A DNA stretch of 64,000 nucleotides. It comes from Octopus vulgaris (Eukaryota). The stretch spans positions 105,276,001-105,340,000 of the forward strand of contig OX597816.1 in the NCBI GenBank assembly GCA_951406725.2, in the 5' to 3' direction. Under the pieces are notes generated by a model that saw only the letters and a list, made by a program, of their open reading frames with translations, had not been told where the DNA came from and searched no databases. Both the position numbers and the translations under genes were made by a program. Positions 53,000 through 64,000 of this stretch are shown in pieces. Positions within the stretch are counted from its first letter, which is position 1. Each line of letters opens with the position of its first letter.

Positions 53000-53800
53000 G
53001 CATATAATCTCCCTGTAAAATTACTGACAGACTTCATCTATATCTGGTCTCTTGGAATGGAGACTTCATTTTAGATCAGACCATCACAGCATGTACTGAA
53101 GGAGCTCTGTCATACTCATACTCTATCAGTTTTAGTATGCTCAATGCTCAGTTCTATGCCCTACATTCTTCTTACTCCACAGATGACATCACTTTTTGTT
53201 CCCCCCTTAACCTTCAATAACTAAGCATTATTAGAGTATTAGCGTGAAACTTATACATCACCTGCCGAACCAGCACTGACTCTATGAACTATAACTTCAT
53301 AAACAACATTCCCCAAAGGAGTCATGCCAATCTATCTACTTCAACACACAAGAGACACAACTACTACACATATCAAGAAAACAATGTTGTAGCCTGTCCC
53401 AAAACATGCAACTAAAATTCTCAAGGTTGCTACAAATGCCAGGCCTCTCCGGCAAAAACTAGGGCAAGAAATTCATCTACAAACAATCACTAACTCTTCA
53501 CAAAGTTCAAGTGAGAGTTACAATAGAGTATATCTCCCACATCTATGTTAGTGCTGTACAAACAGATATTCCAGACTCCTGCATGCATGATTTTTTGGCA
53601 TGAAGTCATTAGCTAATATAGACAAACCTCTTGGGCCACTGTCTTTTCACCCTGCATTTTCTACTACTACAACAATCATCTCTGTTCTTCAGAGCTGGTT
53701 AGTCTCATACCATCTCTACTCAACTCTCGTCACCCACATTGTGTCCCCACCTAAGATCCCATGCTATTTCCTGATCTTTTCTTGTCAGAACATTATTTCT
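53000..53800 (+). mobile_element. Highly decayed CR1/L2-like LINE 3' remnant
   Basis: Remnants STDDIT (YADD-like) and KVQVRVTIEYISH (K.QVR..MEY.SH-like). Confidence 0.45.
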
Positions 53801-54599
53801 CTGAAATTCCCTTTTCTCTCATACTGATCTTAATAGTCTTGGAAGACCTGCAAAGACCATGGACACAGCCACTTTCTCCAGCCCAAACCAGATATACTTT
53901 AGATATATATTTACCATTTCTGCAATAGCAAAGATAGAGTCCATTTATACTTTTGTAATCCTAGAAAAAATATATGTATATAAAAGAAGGTGGTGGTGGT
54001 GATGATGATGATGATAATAATAATAAGCTTCACACAGTTTATTTTCTTAATATTTTATTATGTAGTGAACTTGTACCAAAGTTAGAAATCAATATTTCTT
54101 TATATAAAATATTACATACAAATTATATGTGTAGTTCATAATGAAGTGCAGAGAGCTGCAAAAATTAATTAATCAATAGCATTCAATGGCTAAGGACAAA
54201 AAGTTTACAATACATTATTAATCAGTTACATTGTACACTTTATTGATTAATCTTTCAATAGAATTCAAAATATGATTCAAAACACATATTCAATAGTCAG
54301 CTTTAAATTTATTCAATAAGTTACATGAGATATCGTTTTAAGTTAATGTCATTAGGGGAATTGTTATTCGGGATGAATATGATCCCTCTTAAAAAATATT
54401 CAACCATGAAGTTGGTATAGCATTAGGTTTCCAAAATGGTGTATTGCCAATGGGGCAATACACAAGGGTTAACGATAACAAGGGTTCAATTATATGCGTA
54501 TTAACTCCTATACATATTCATCATAACCTCAAACTACAGCTATAACTCTATAACAATAATATAACTATATAATAGTAATAATAACAATAATGGTTGTTT

Positions 54600-55040
54600 C
54601 TGATATAGGCAAAATGTCATCAATTAAATTGACCTCAATATTTGACTGACATTTATTTTACCAACCCCAGTACTTGTCTGGTACTTTATTTTATCAACCC
54701 CAGAGGGATGAAAGGCAACACTGGCCTTGGTACGATTTGAACTCGGAATGTAAAAAACCAGAACAAATACTGTAGGGTATTTTTTCTGAAACTTTAATAA
54801 TCTGCCTATCTACTAGCCTCTTAAGAGTTTCTAATATAAGCACAAGGCCTGAAATTTTTAGTGGAGAAGGTTAGTTGATACCATCTACTGCTGTATTTGA
54901 CTGGTACTTTTTTTCTTATTGACTGCAAAAGGACAAAAGACAAAGTTGACCATAGCAGTATTTAAATTTAGATTGTAAAGAGTGGCAACAAATACTGCAA
55001 GGCATTTTGTCCAGTTCTTTTGCAATTCTGTCAACCTGCC
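54600..55040 (-). mobile_element. Tandem pair of SINE family 2 copies downstream of the EXOC3 stop
   Basis: Same motifs as 43650-44090. Confidence 0.65.
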
Positions 55041-55506
55041 TTCCTAATCTTAATATCAATATCAATATTAATAAATAATTATTTCTGTTAATCTTAAATA
55101 AGTATTTCTACTCTTAAATAGGGAATATTTATGAAATGCAATTTAGCTTTGATAAAATTTAAGCAATGCAATGGTGAGAGACAGTTGAGACAGTAGAAAG
55201 TTAACACAGGTTGTTGTTCTGAGCTTAACTCCTGCCAGAGTTGACTCTGCTTTCATCCTTAAAAAGGTTAATTACGAAAGATGAAAATAAGTAAACATAC
55301 TGATCTGGTTCAATCGTTCATATCTTCTGTTATACAAACTTAGCTTTGTGACTAATCAAATGAAATTAATATTTAACAAAAGCAGTAGAATAAATAATAT
55401 AGTGCATTTGATATTTTTTTTAAACATAAAAACAAATAAACAAGACAGAAAAAACTATTGATACTATTGTATTTGTATTGTACACTATTGTATTATTCTC
55501 ATCTGG

Positions 55507-55584
55507 TTAACTTGTTATATCGGTAAAGATGCCATATGGTCGTGTTCGTAATTGGTGATCATCCCCTAAAGTATCTCGCACCAT
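55507..55584 (-). CDS. EXOC3: EXOC3 terminal coding exon
   Basis: TTTTAG acceptor; MVRDTLGDDHQLRTRPYGIFTDITS*; the IFxDI ending matches Sec6 C-termini. Confidence 0.8.
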   Translation of the reverse strand: MVRDTLGDDHQLRTRPYGIFTDITS

Positions 55585-56066
55585 CTAAAATAAACAAAGT
55601 TATACAATTTAGTTGGTGAAGCATTGTGAAGCAATTTCAAGAAAAACAAATACATACACACACACAAAAAAAAAAAAAATAGGTACGAAGTCAATGGACA
55701 AGCTGTTGACAAGGGAAATGTCAGCAATGTCAATGCTTGCAGTTTAGCAATTTTCAGAGATGCATAAATGTAAACAAACATGAATGCATGCATGCACTAA
55801 CACACACACACACACAGAGGATGGCATTTGTTTTAGTTTCTGTCTATCAAATCCACACACAGGACTTTGGTTAAACTGAGCCTAGAGCAGAAGTCACGCT
55901 TTAGATTGAAAACTTTTTTCTTGAGTTTGTATGCATTAGCATGCATTAACTCACACACACAAACACATATCGGCAAGCACACAATTAAAGATATACACTA
56001 CAAAAATTAATAACTTGGATTAAATTACATTTTAAGAAACTTGAGATACAAGAACATAGAACTGAC

Positions 56067-56159
56067 CTTCTGAGCTTCTGATCTTGTCATGTCACCTCGA
56101 CAAAGCAAAAGATTGATCAGTTGATCTCGACGCATGTCTGGGTATTTATTCACTAGACC
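56067..56159 (-). CDS. EXOC3: EXOC3 exon
   Basis: GLVNKYPDMRRDQLINLLLCRGDMTRSEAQK (LVxKYPD...LL.RGD conserved in Sec6); TTGCAG acceptor, GTCAGT donor. Confidence 0.92.
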
Positions 56160-56181
56160 CTGCAAAAAAGATAAATTGCAT

Positions 56182-56218
<37 letters not shown>

Positions 56219-56249
56219 CAGACCTATTGAGTCAAGTATATCAACATCA

Positions 56250-56588
56250 AATAAAAATCAAATGGAAATTGTAGTTGTGATACCCGCACTGGTGGTACGT
56301 AAAAAGCACCATCCGAACGTGGTCAATGCCAGTGCCGCCTTTGCTGGCTTCCATGTTGGTGGCACATAAAAAGCACCAACCGATCGTGGCCATTGCCAGC
56401 CGCCTCTGGCCCCTGTGCCGGTGGCACATAAAAAGCACCCACTACACTCACGGAATGGTTGGCATTACAAGGGCATCTGGCTGTAGAAACACTGCCAGAT
56501 CAGACTGGAGCCTGGCTTCCCTGACACTGGTCAAACCGTCCAACCCATGCTAGCATGGAAAACGGACGTTAAACAATGATGATGATGT
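56250..56588 (+). mobile_element. RTE-tail short retroposon in an EXOC3 intron
   Basis: Same family as 15975-16401; another copy starts at about 63930. Confidence 0.75.
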
Positions 56589-56599
56589 TATATATATAT

Positions 56600-57570
56600 A
56601 TATATAGGGAGAATTCACACAAAAAAAACAGAAGACGAAGACAGATGGTGTAGACAACAAACAGATGTATTAGTATAATGCTTGGGAAGTGAAAAAGTCT
56701 TTACCGTTTTGAGCCTAATCTCTTCCACAGAAAGGAACACAGAAAGAAACAAGGAGAGAAAATAAAGAATGTGTAGTGGCTAGCGATCTATCATGCCACC
56801 CGGGTAAGCACATAATGTGAAATAAGGTAGGAAAAAAATAGTGCTCAAATACCAGAGGTAGAGTAATTATATATATTCAAGGTGAATTATAGATGTTTCA
56901 TTAAAGCATCTATTTTTCAACATGCATAGAAACAGTCACTTCTAATCTCCCTCCCTTTTTATATTTGTATATTGGAAATTTGCTGCCAGGCAGAAGCATG
57001 TTGAAACCTGATAAGGAAGTTTAGCTTGTTTTCACTCTTGTTTTGAAATACTTTTATACCTTGAAATTTGAATGGCTGTGGGCAAATAAGGTAATATTTT
57101 AAAAATTATTCATGTTACTTTGTAAATATGGAGGGATGGTACTTGACAAATTTAAATTAAATTAATTTTTTTAAAAATTGATTTATTTAATTTGCAAGTT
57201 AATCCCAAAACTGTAGTACACTATTAACTCACAATAATTTTTCAAAAATTATTCTGTTCGTCTCACCCGCTGACTGCTTTTATTCATATCAAGGTGAATT
57301 ATAGATGTTTCATAAAAGCATCTATTTTTCAACATGCATGGAAATAGTTGCTTCTATCTCCATTTACCTCGTGAAGACCACTCGCGTTTTTTTTCCCTCT
57401 GTCCTCCCACCTCGGGATCTTTCTTTCTCTTATGTTTCCGACGAAGAGCTCCGCTCGAAACGTCATATCCTCCTTCTTCCCTCTTTTCCTGAGCGCCTAA
57501 TAATACTTTAATTGTTCCACCTTTTGCGTTGTTGTCTTTTTTGTTTTTCTTGTTTGGATTAACTTTATAT
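56600..57570. mobile_element. Penelope-like (PLE) pseudo-LTR-type repeat cluster
   Basis: Direct duplication TCAAGGTGAATTATAGATGTTTCAT.AAAGCATCTATTTTTCAACATGCAT (56877 and 57290); hammerhead-like GACGAAGAGC...GCTCGAAACG motif and an inverted related unit at 56600-56760; homologous to 3040-3240. Confidence 0.55.
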
Positions 57571-57594
57571 ATATATATATCATCAGCAGCAGCA

Positions 57595-57880
57595 GCAGCA
57601 TCGTTTAACATCTGCCTTCCATGTTGGCATGGGCTGGACAGTTGACGGTTTGACACCAGACTTCTGTGACTGATTTGGCATGGTTTTTACAGTTGTATAC
57701 CCTTCCTAACACCAACTACCCATCAGAGTGCTTTTTATGTGACACCAGCACAGGCAAAGTCAGAATTGGTATGGCTTTTACAGTTGGATGCCCTTCCAAA
57801 TGCCAACCACTTCACAATGTGGACTGGATGCTTTTAACATGGTACCAGCACTAGCAGAGTCACCAAGTAACTTGCAAGAC
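57595..57880 (-). mobile_element. RTE-tail retroposon, antisense copy
   Basis: Reverse complement of the GCATGGAAGGCAGATGTTAAACGATG tail and the GGAAGGGCATCCA core. Confidence 0.6.
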
Positions 57881-58079
57881 AAGGAATTTTGAGAGGAGGC
57901 GATCTTGTGTCAGACGATGAAAGGTTAAAGTGTGACAGAGAAGCAGAAACAGATATCTTGCTATAGAGGAGGTACATGGTTACTCAGAGAGAGAGAGAGG
58001 GTGAGAGGAGGAGAGGGAGAAAGAGGGAGGGAGGAAGACAAAGAGAGAGAGGGGGAGAGAGAGAGAGAGTCATAAAATA

Positions 58080-58730
58080 ATTAAGAGTGGCTGTCTGCAC
58101 AAACTACTGCATGCTGAAGACCTACTTCTTTTTGTCAAATCTGTAGAGAATAACAAAGAAATTCCAAATATGAAAGCAAAACCTAGAATTAATAGGCTTC
58201 CACGTAAACTCAGCAAAGACCAAAATATAAACAGTGTAAACTATTGATATACAAGAGATGTAAAGGGATTACAAGCAGGCTAACAGAGAAGGTAGATGTA
58301 TGGCAGATGTACAGGAGTGATTAGTATTAAAACTATATAATGAAATAAATTCCTTAAGATGTTATGAAGACTCACTAGAAGTAGTTGGTAGCTTTTCTTT
58401 TTGTCTTTACACCAAATTAGTAGTGGAGGGTAGATGAGCCAAAAGCATAGTATTCAGATTGAGAAGAAGATAGAAAAAGCTAGCTGAGGGAGGTATTGCC
58501 TCAGCTAGCAACAAAGGTATCTATCTCTCAAAGATTATGGTGTATGCAAAGTGCAATGATGCACAGGCATTTGAAACAGCTGGAAGGAAATTGATACAGA
58601 CATGTAATGTGTATAGAGGATGTTAGTTGTGCCAAGCACTTGAAGTGGTTGACAGTTTGAATGGCACCCAGCTATGGAAACAATGCCAAAAATGGAATAT
58701 ATAAGAGAAGCATAATCCCAACATGTCTAG
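58080..58730 (+). mobile_element. Highly decayed RTE-like RT fragment
   Basis: Remnants HAEDLL (YADDL-like) and GFHVNSAKTK, followed by tail-like sequence. Confidence 0.4.
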
Positions 58731-59672
58731 GAGCACAGTAACTTCAAATAAGACCTAACTTGGATTGTAAGTAACCATTCAACACATGACAACATAGAAA
58801 GAGGACGTAAAATGGTGATGATACACACACACATCCTTTTTTATATATGTATGTTTGAGGGTTGTGATTCATTGCTACATTTGTCACTGTAAAGGGTTTA
58901 ACTTTGGTAGAACTAAATGTAGTTTGTGTTAAGAAGAGCATCCAGCTGTAGAAACCATGCCAAAACATATTATGGAACTTGGTGTAGCTCCTGGTCCTGC
59001 CAGCTCCTGTGAAACTCTCGAACCCATGCCAGCATAGTAAACGGATATTAAATGATGATAGGATAGATGCCTGAGTAAATGAAGTATTAGACAACCTGCT
59101 AATGGATTACAAATTCAAGTTTGCTGCTGGTTCCTTGTATTTCTGAACAGAACACTTTATATTATATTGTCTCAGTTCTATTTGTTCTTAGTGCAAGAGG
59201 GTAAGTACTCATTCAATTTGGCTTATCTTAAAACCAGCTGTCTCAGTCACCCATCTTGCAATTAGATGAGAAATCTGGTTCTAATTACAGGCTAGCATAC
59301 AGATATCAATTCAATCTGTTGTTTGTTAACATGCGAATGGGCAAAGAATACATCATCATTATCATTTTATGTCTGCCTTCCCACGCTGGGATGACTTGGA
59401 TGGAGGCAGTATTTTATGGTTGGAAGATAATATAGTTGAAAGCAATTAAAAGATTTAGTGTCTCCATGACTTCTTTCACTGGAGAAAATATGACATTTCT
59501 CTCAATTCTTTATTATTGTATAAGAACACAAAAGAAAAAGAAAAAAGAAAAAAACAGAAAAAGAATGGAAGACAGAATGAGGAATTTGAAGAGATAAAAA
59601 GAAGACAAAAGTGAGAGAAGAACAAAAACAAAGAAAAGAAAAAAAGAAATCATAGTGATACCAGATACTCAC

Positions 59673-59750
59673 AGTAATTTCTAGTGACATCATAGATGTG
59701 TCTCGCAGACGAATAACTTCAGCTAAATTGTTCAACACTGCAAAACTGTC
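59673..59750 (-). CDS. EXOC3: EXOC3 exon
   Basis: DSFAVLNNLAEVIRLRDTSMMSLEIT (compare AEVIKLTDPSLLYLEV); CACAG acceptor, GTGAGT donor, 78 nt. Confidence 0.9.
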
Positions 59751-60268
59751 CTGTGATAAAAAGAAAATAGTGATTTTTTCCTCAATTTTTATTTAGAGTA
59801 AACAAACAATAAATATTTCTGATGGTCTTTAAGAAGTAAGAAGTGACTAACTTTCAATAAATACAATAGAATAGTATCAGCAGCCAGGTCATAGATATAT
59901 GACAAACTCTTTGAATACTTTATGATTTATGATACTATAACAAAAATAAAATACAAATGAATAAAATGGTTAATGTATGCTTTAAATGATTATCATGATT
60001 CTTCCACAATACATACGTTTTACTTCCATGATATGATCCCTGATCAAGTTATTTGCTAAACAATTTGTAAATTTTTATTTGCATAAATTTATTATTCCAT
60101 ATCAAAGCTTCAGAGTTTTAATACACAGTTTTCTCATTTAGCAATCTTAAGATGATCATGTGATGTTTTAGTTTTGGAGGAATAAATTAGAAAACCATAT
60201 TCTAAGTATTATTTAGGTTGACTTTTCATTTCAAAGTTCTACAAAATATGCTTGCTTCTATACCTTAA

Positions 60269-60479
60269 CCTTTTAGCATTCAATTTACTCTGTTATATGT
60301 AATGCTTATTTGTTTTGAATTAATCATGCATTATCCTGTACCTTTCAGATTTCAATGATGTAATTGCTTACTTTTACAATGACATTGTAAGGTTGGTGTA
60401 AGAGCCCAAATCTGGCTAGTTTTAACATAAAACAGGTAGAATATTTGGGTCGGATATGGCCAGTTTAAATGTTAAAAGG
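60269..60479. mobile_element. piggyBac-type MITE, family 2 copy 2
   Basis: TTAA|CCTTTTAGCATT ... AATGTTAAAAGG|TTAA; internal sequence homologous to 12585-12779. Confidence 0.75.
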
Positions 60480-60747
60480 TTAAAGGGCTTCTTTGTATCC
60501 TTAAAAACTTACGCATATATTATATATATGAAAAATGTATATTTTTATACAATGTTATGATGTCAGTTTAGTTTGTGGTAAAAATAAGAGCTAGTAGGCT
60601 GATCATGAAGTTATTTTAATAAAAAAAATTTATATTGGATAAATCTTTTGCAGCATAAGTTTTTTGAAAAGTGAGATGAACAGTAAATAGTAGTTCAAAG
60701 ATTCTGATAGCAATAATAATTCAAAGGAAAGAAAAGATTTGTTTTAC

Positions 60748-60859
60748 CTTCTTTTGAGTTTTTGAGAGACTAGCAAAAAATTCTTCAAGTTGTTCTGCTT
60801 CATTACAAATTTTTTCAGCAACTCCTTTTCTGTCTTCGTAATTACGGAAAGAAAGTCTC
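60748..60859 (-). CDS. EXOC3: EXOC3 exon
   Basis: RLSFRNYEDRKGVAEKICNEAEQLEEFFASLSKTQKK (compare RISFRSxEERKxGAEKMxREAEQL in EXOC3); phase matches the upstream exon; donor GTAAAA. Confidence 0.9.
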
Positions 60860-61890
60860 CTGTAATTAAATATAGTTACTTTAATGTAAAAACCACAGAT
60901 ATCACTCACAAGCAATAGTGACACAGTAGCATGTCCCCCTACTCTTACAGTTTAAGGTGTCTATGTAGTTGCAAGCAAACATAGACACCTTGGTCCATCC
61001 ATCCCTTGACTCAGTTGAACATCAAGGACAGCAGCTTAAAGAAAAAGAGCTAATCCAGCCCAATGCTGGTACTCATTTTCAGCGGAGTATTCTAGAGCAA
61101 TGTAAAATGAAAAGCCTTGCTCAAGGATACAATGCACTGACCAGTCCAGAACTGAATACACAATCTAATAACTGTGAGCCAAACACCCAAACCACCAGGT
61201 CATGTGCCTTCACTACTACTATAATACAGAAAACAAATATTTGTAATTTTAAGTTAGCTGATACTTTTAGAGGTAATCTACTGATAAATTACTGAATTAA
61301 GGAAAAAGGAAGATTTCCCAAAAGAAGTATAGCATCTACAACTGTTTTAATTTAGACTCATTCATATATTCATATGGAGAGAAATGTATATTCTTCAAAC
61401 TTAATCCTGAATATAAATGTACATGTCACTATATTTATATAATGTCAATATATATATAGACATACACATACATACAAACACACATACAAGATATACAGGC
61501 ATTGCAGTGTGGTTAAGAAGTTCATTTCACAACCCCATAGTTTGGGGTTCACTGTTCCTTACTATAACCTCACACCAACCAATGCCTTTCTGAGTGAATT
61601 TGGAAGATGAAAACTGTATGAAAGCCTGTTGTACAAATGGTAAACTTAATCTGTCATCTGTCTCAACATCCCCATCAGGTACTCTGGTACAAGCATTCAG
61701 GCCAGAATTCCTGTTTGAGAAGACCTCTCTCTCTCTCTCTGTCCCATTAATCTCAAAGGCCATGTGAAGAGTCACGAACACTGCTTTCTGTTTTTGGCTA
61801 TAATGATTACATCATCATCATCATTTAGCATCAATCTTCCATTGTCAAACTAGAAAACTATGTCTGTTTTGGCGCATACACACACACACA

Positions 61891-62907
61891 CGAGGATGTA
61901 CCCAAAAAACACTGGAATTTTGTAATATTCAATTAGTTTTACATGTTTACACTTTTATTATTTTTAAAGGCTTCTCCATTTGAGGCAATGCATCAGTCCA
62001 GATGCATTTTCCATTCTGAAACAGTCCTGGAAGTGATTTGAAGTGATGCTTTTTAATATCTCTATTATATTTTTCTTTGCCTCTTTCACATCTGCAAAAT
62101 GTTTTCTTTTAAGGACTTTTTTTCATTCAGAGGAACAAAAAAAAGTTGCAGGGGGCAAGATCAGGTGAATAGAGAAGGTGGGTAAATGGGGTCATACCAC
62201 TCTTGGTCAAAAAGTGTCTCACACTCAAGGCAGTGTGCAATGGTGCATTGTCATGACGAAACCACCACTCTCCACTTTTTCACTGGTTGGGGTGTTTTTG
62301 TCTCGTCATGACTTGAAAACAATTCAGAACTGCCAAATAAAATGTCTCGTTGACAGTTTGACCAGGAGGAACAAATACTGTGTAGACAATCCTTTCACAT
62401 CAATGAAACAAATCAGCATCATCTTGACACTGGACTTCACTTGATACACTTTTTGGAGGCATGGTGACATTGATCCAAGATCAGTTCATGAATTTTTGTG
62501 ATGTTTTCATTCATTTGGGAGGCTGACGGTCACCCTGAAAGAGATTCGTATTCAAACAACAAGTGACCATTTCTAAAGCATGAAAATCACTCATAAACTT
62601 GTGTTTTTGCTCATAGCAGAGTCCTTGTAAGCTATTTGAAGCATGAGAACTGTTTCAGTCACCATTTCCCCAGCAGAAACAGCATTTCATGGAAGCATGC
62701 TGCTTCAGCTACTGAAAGATTCAATGAACAGGGGAGAAGCACTGTAAAAGAAAAACATACCATGTGGCAGTACAACTCTACCCAACACTAATGGTCAGCA
62801 GACTGATACATAAGGGTCACATCAAGTGGCTTCTGGTGGTGGAAGCCGGAACTAACACAGGCTTGTCCCACAGAGAACATTTCCAGTTACTTTTGGGCAC
62901 CCCCTTG
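61891..62907 (-). mobile_element. Decayed mariner element in an EXOC3 intron
   Basis: TIRs CGAGGATGTACCCAAAAAACACTGGAA / TTCCAGTTACTTTTGGGCACCCCCTTG; minus-strand YSPDLAPCNFFLF motif. Confidence 0.8.
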
Positions 62908-63194
62908 TGTATGGTGAATATAAGGAGTTATAATCCAAGTCGTGTCTTCATAAAACACATCTTCATGTTCACACTAATCCAATATATGTACAGAGATGTT
63001 TTATTTTAAATGTGATATACAAATCAACTGAAATTTTTGGTGAATTCAGTCTGCAGAGTAATTACATATTAACACAGAAGATTGAAAAATATATATCAAA
63101 TTATTCCAGTAGACTGTTTTAATATGTTTTGTGTGTGCATGCATATGAAGTGTTCAAAACAAGATGGAAAAAAACCCAGTAAAATAACACTTAC

Positions 63195-63347
63195 TTTAAG
63201 AGTATAGCCTTTAGGTATTGATGTAGAACCTTTCTCTGAGCTTTTACGAGGATTTTGTCATAAGCTTTTGGTCGGAGATGTACAAAATCATTATTATAAT
63301 CTTCTAAAGTAGCACAAATAGTTTTCACAGCATCACTACTTAACATC
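63195..63347 (-). CDS. EXOC3: Exocyst complex component 3 (Sec6), internal exon; gene continues beyond the window end
   Basis: MLSSDAVKTICATLEDYNNDFVHLRPKAYDKILVKAQRKVLHQYLKAILLK resembles the Sec6 C-terminal region (ICxTxEDYxxDF); AG/GTAAGT boundaries. Confidence 0.9.
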
Positions 63348-64000
63348 CTAAAGAAAGAAACGTCATTACAAATTATAGCTTTTATTCTCAATAACAAAAC
63401 AACTACTACTTGCCTGGTGGGTTTCAGAAAGGAGCTTTATACTTGCTGTTTAGAAATTCTATGTAGATACAGATATGGCTTTGTGGTCAAGCAGTTTCCT
63501 TTACAACCACATGGTTTCAAGTTCAAGCCCACTGTACAGCACCTTGGACAAGTGAGTGCTTTCTACTATAATCTTAGGTTGACCAATAGATTGTGAGTGA
63601 AACTTGATAAGTAAAAACTGTGTAGAAGCACAACATCAGACCTAAAATATCTTTCCTTAGCCTAGATTTTTTATACATTGCAAAATAGGGTAATTTATTT
63701 AAGATGGCTGTGTCCATATGAAAAATGTGCTTGCATGTTTCAGCATATATAATAGCATACTGTAATATGTAATAATGATGAATCTTTATTTTGCATAAGG
63801 TTTCTTAGTCTTGTATATAAACTGCACACAGATTTTTCCAAATTGAAGTTGAGTAGGAAAATGTGTGATCAATGAGTAAACATTGTGTGTGTGTGTGTGT
63901 GTGTTTAAGCTGGATTAAAAATCAAAACTCAAAATCAAAGTAAATCAAGATTGAAATCAGAATGGAAATTGTAGTTGTGGCTGATGCCAATGCTGCTTGA

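Overview
AT-rich, repeat-dense eukaryotic (animal) genomic DNA. The repeat repertoire looks like Octopus or another coleoid cephalopod; this is inference from repeat style, not a database match. Three intron-containing genes can be reconstructed by hand with GT-AG junctions and consistent phases. (1) A complete 3-exon, 218-aa claudin/PMP22-like tetraspan gene on + (3488-17729). (2) A complete 5-exon, 213-aa Rab20-like small GTPase on - (49047-23207). (3) The last five coding exons of exocyst subunit EXOC3/Sec6 on - (63347-55507, 5' end outside the window). The rest is introns and intergenic DNA containing a decayed Tc1 element with DD37E (TRT-like) spacing, a Chapaev3-like CMC transposon, mariner, hAT and possible Merlin relics, piggyBac-type MITEs, RTE and CR1/L2 LINE fragments, several SINE families, Penelope-type repeats and microsatellites. 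No clearly new gene system is evident. The most notable unexplained signals are RNA-structural: a perfect 162-bp-arm inverted repeat, nested foldback elements, a pre-miRNA-like hairpin and variant minimal hammerhead-ribozyme motifs. Most ORFs in the supplied track are microsatellite or repeat artefacts.
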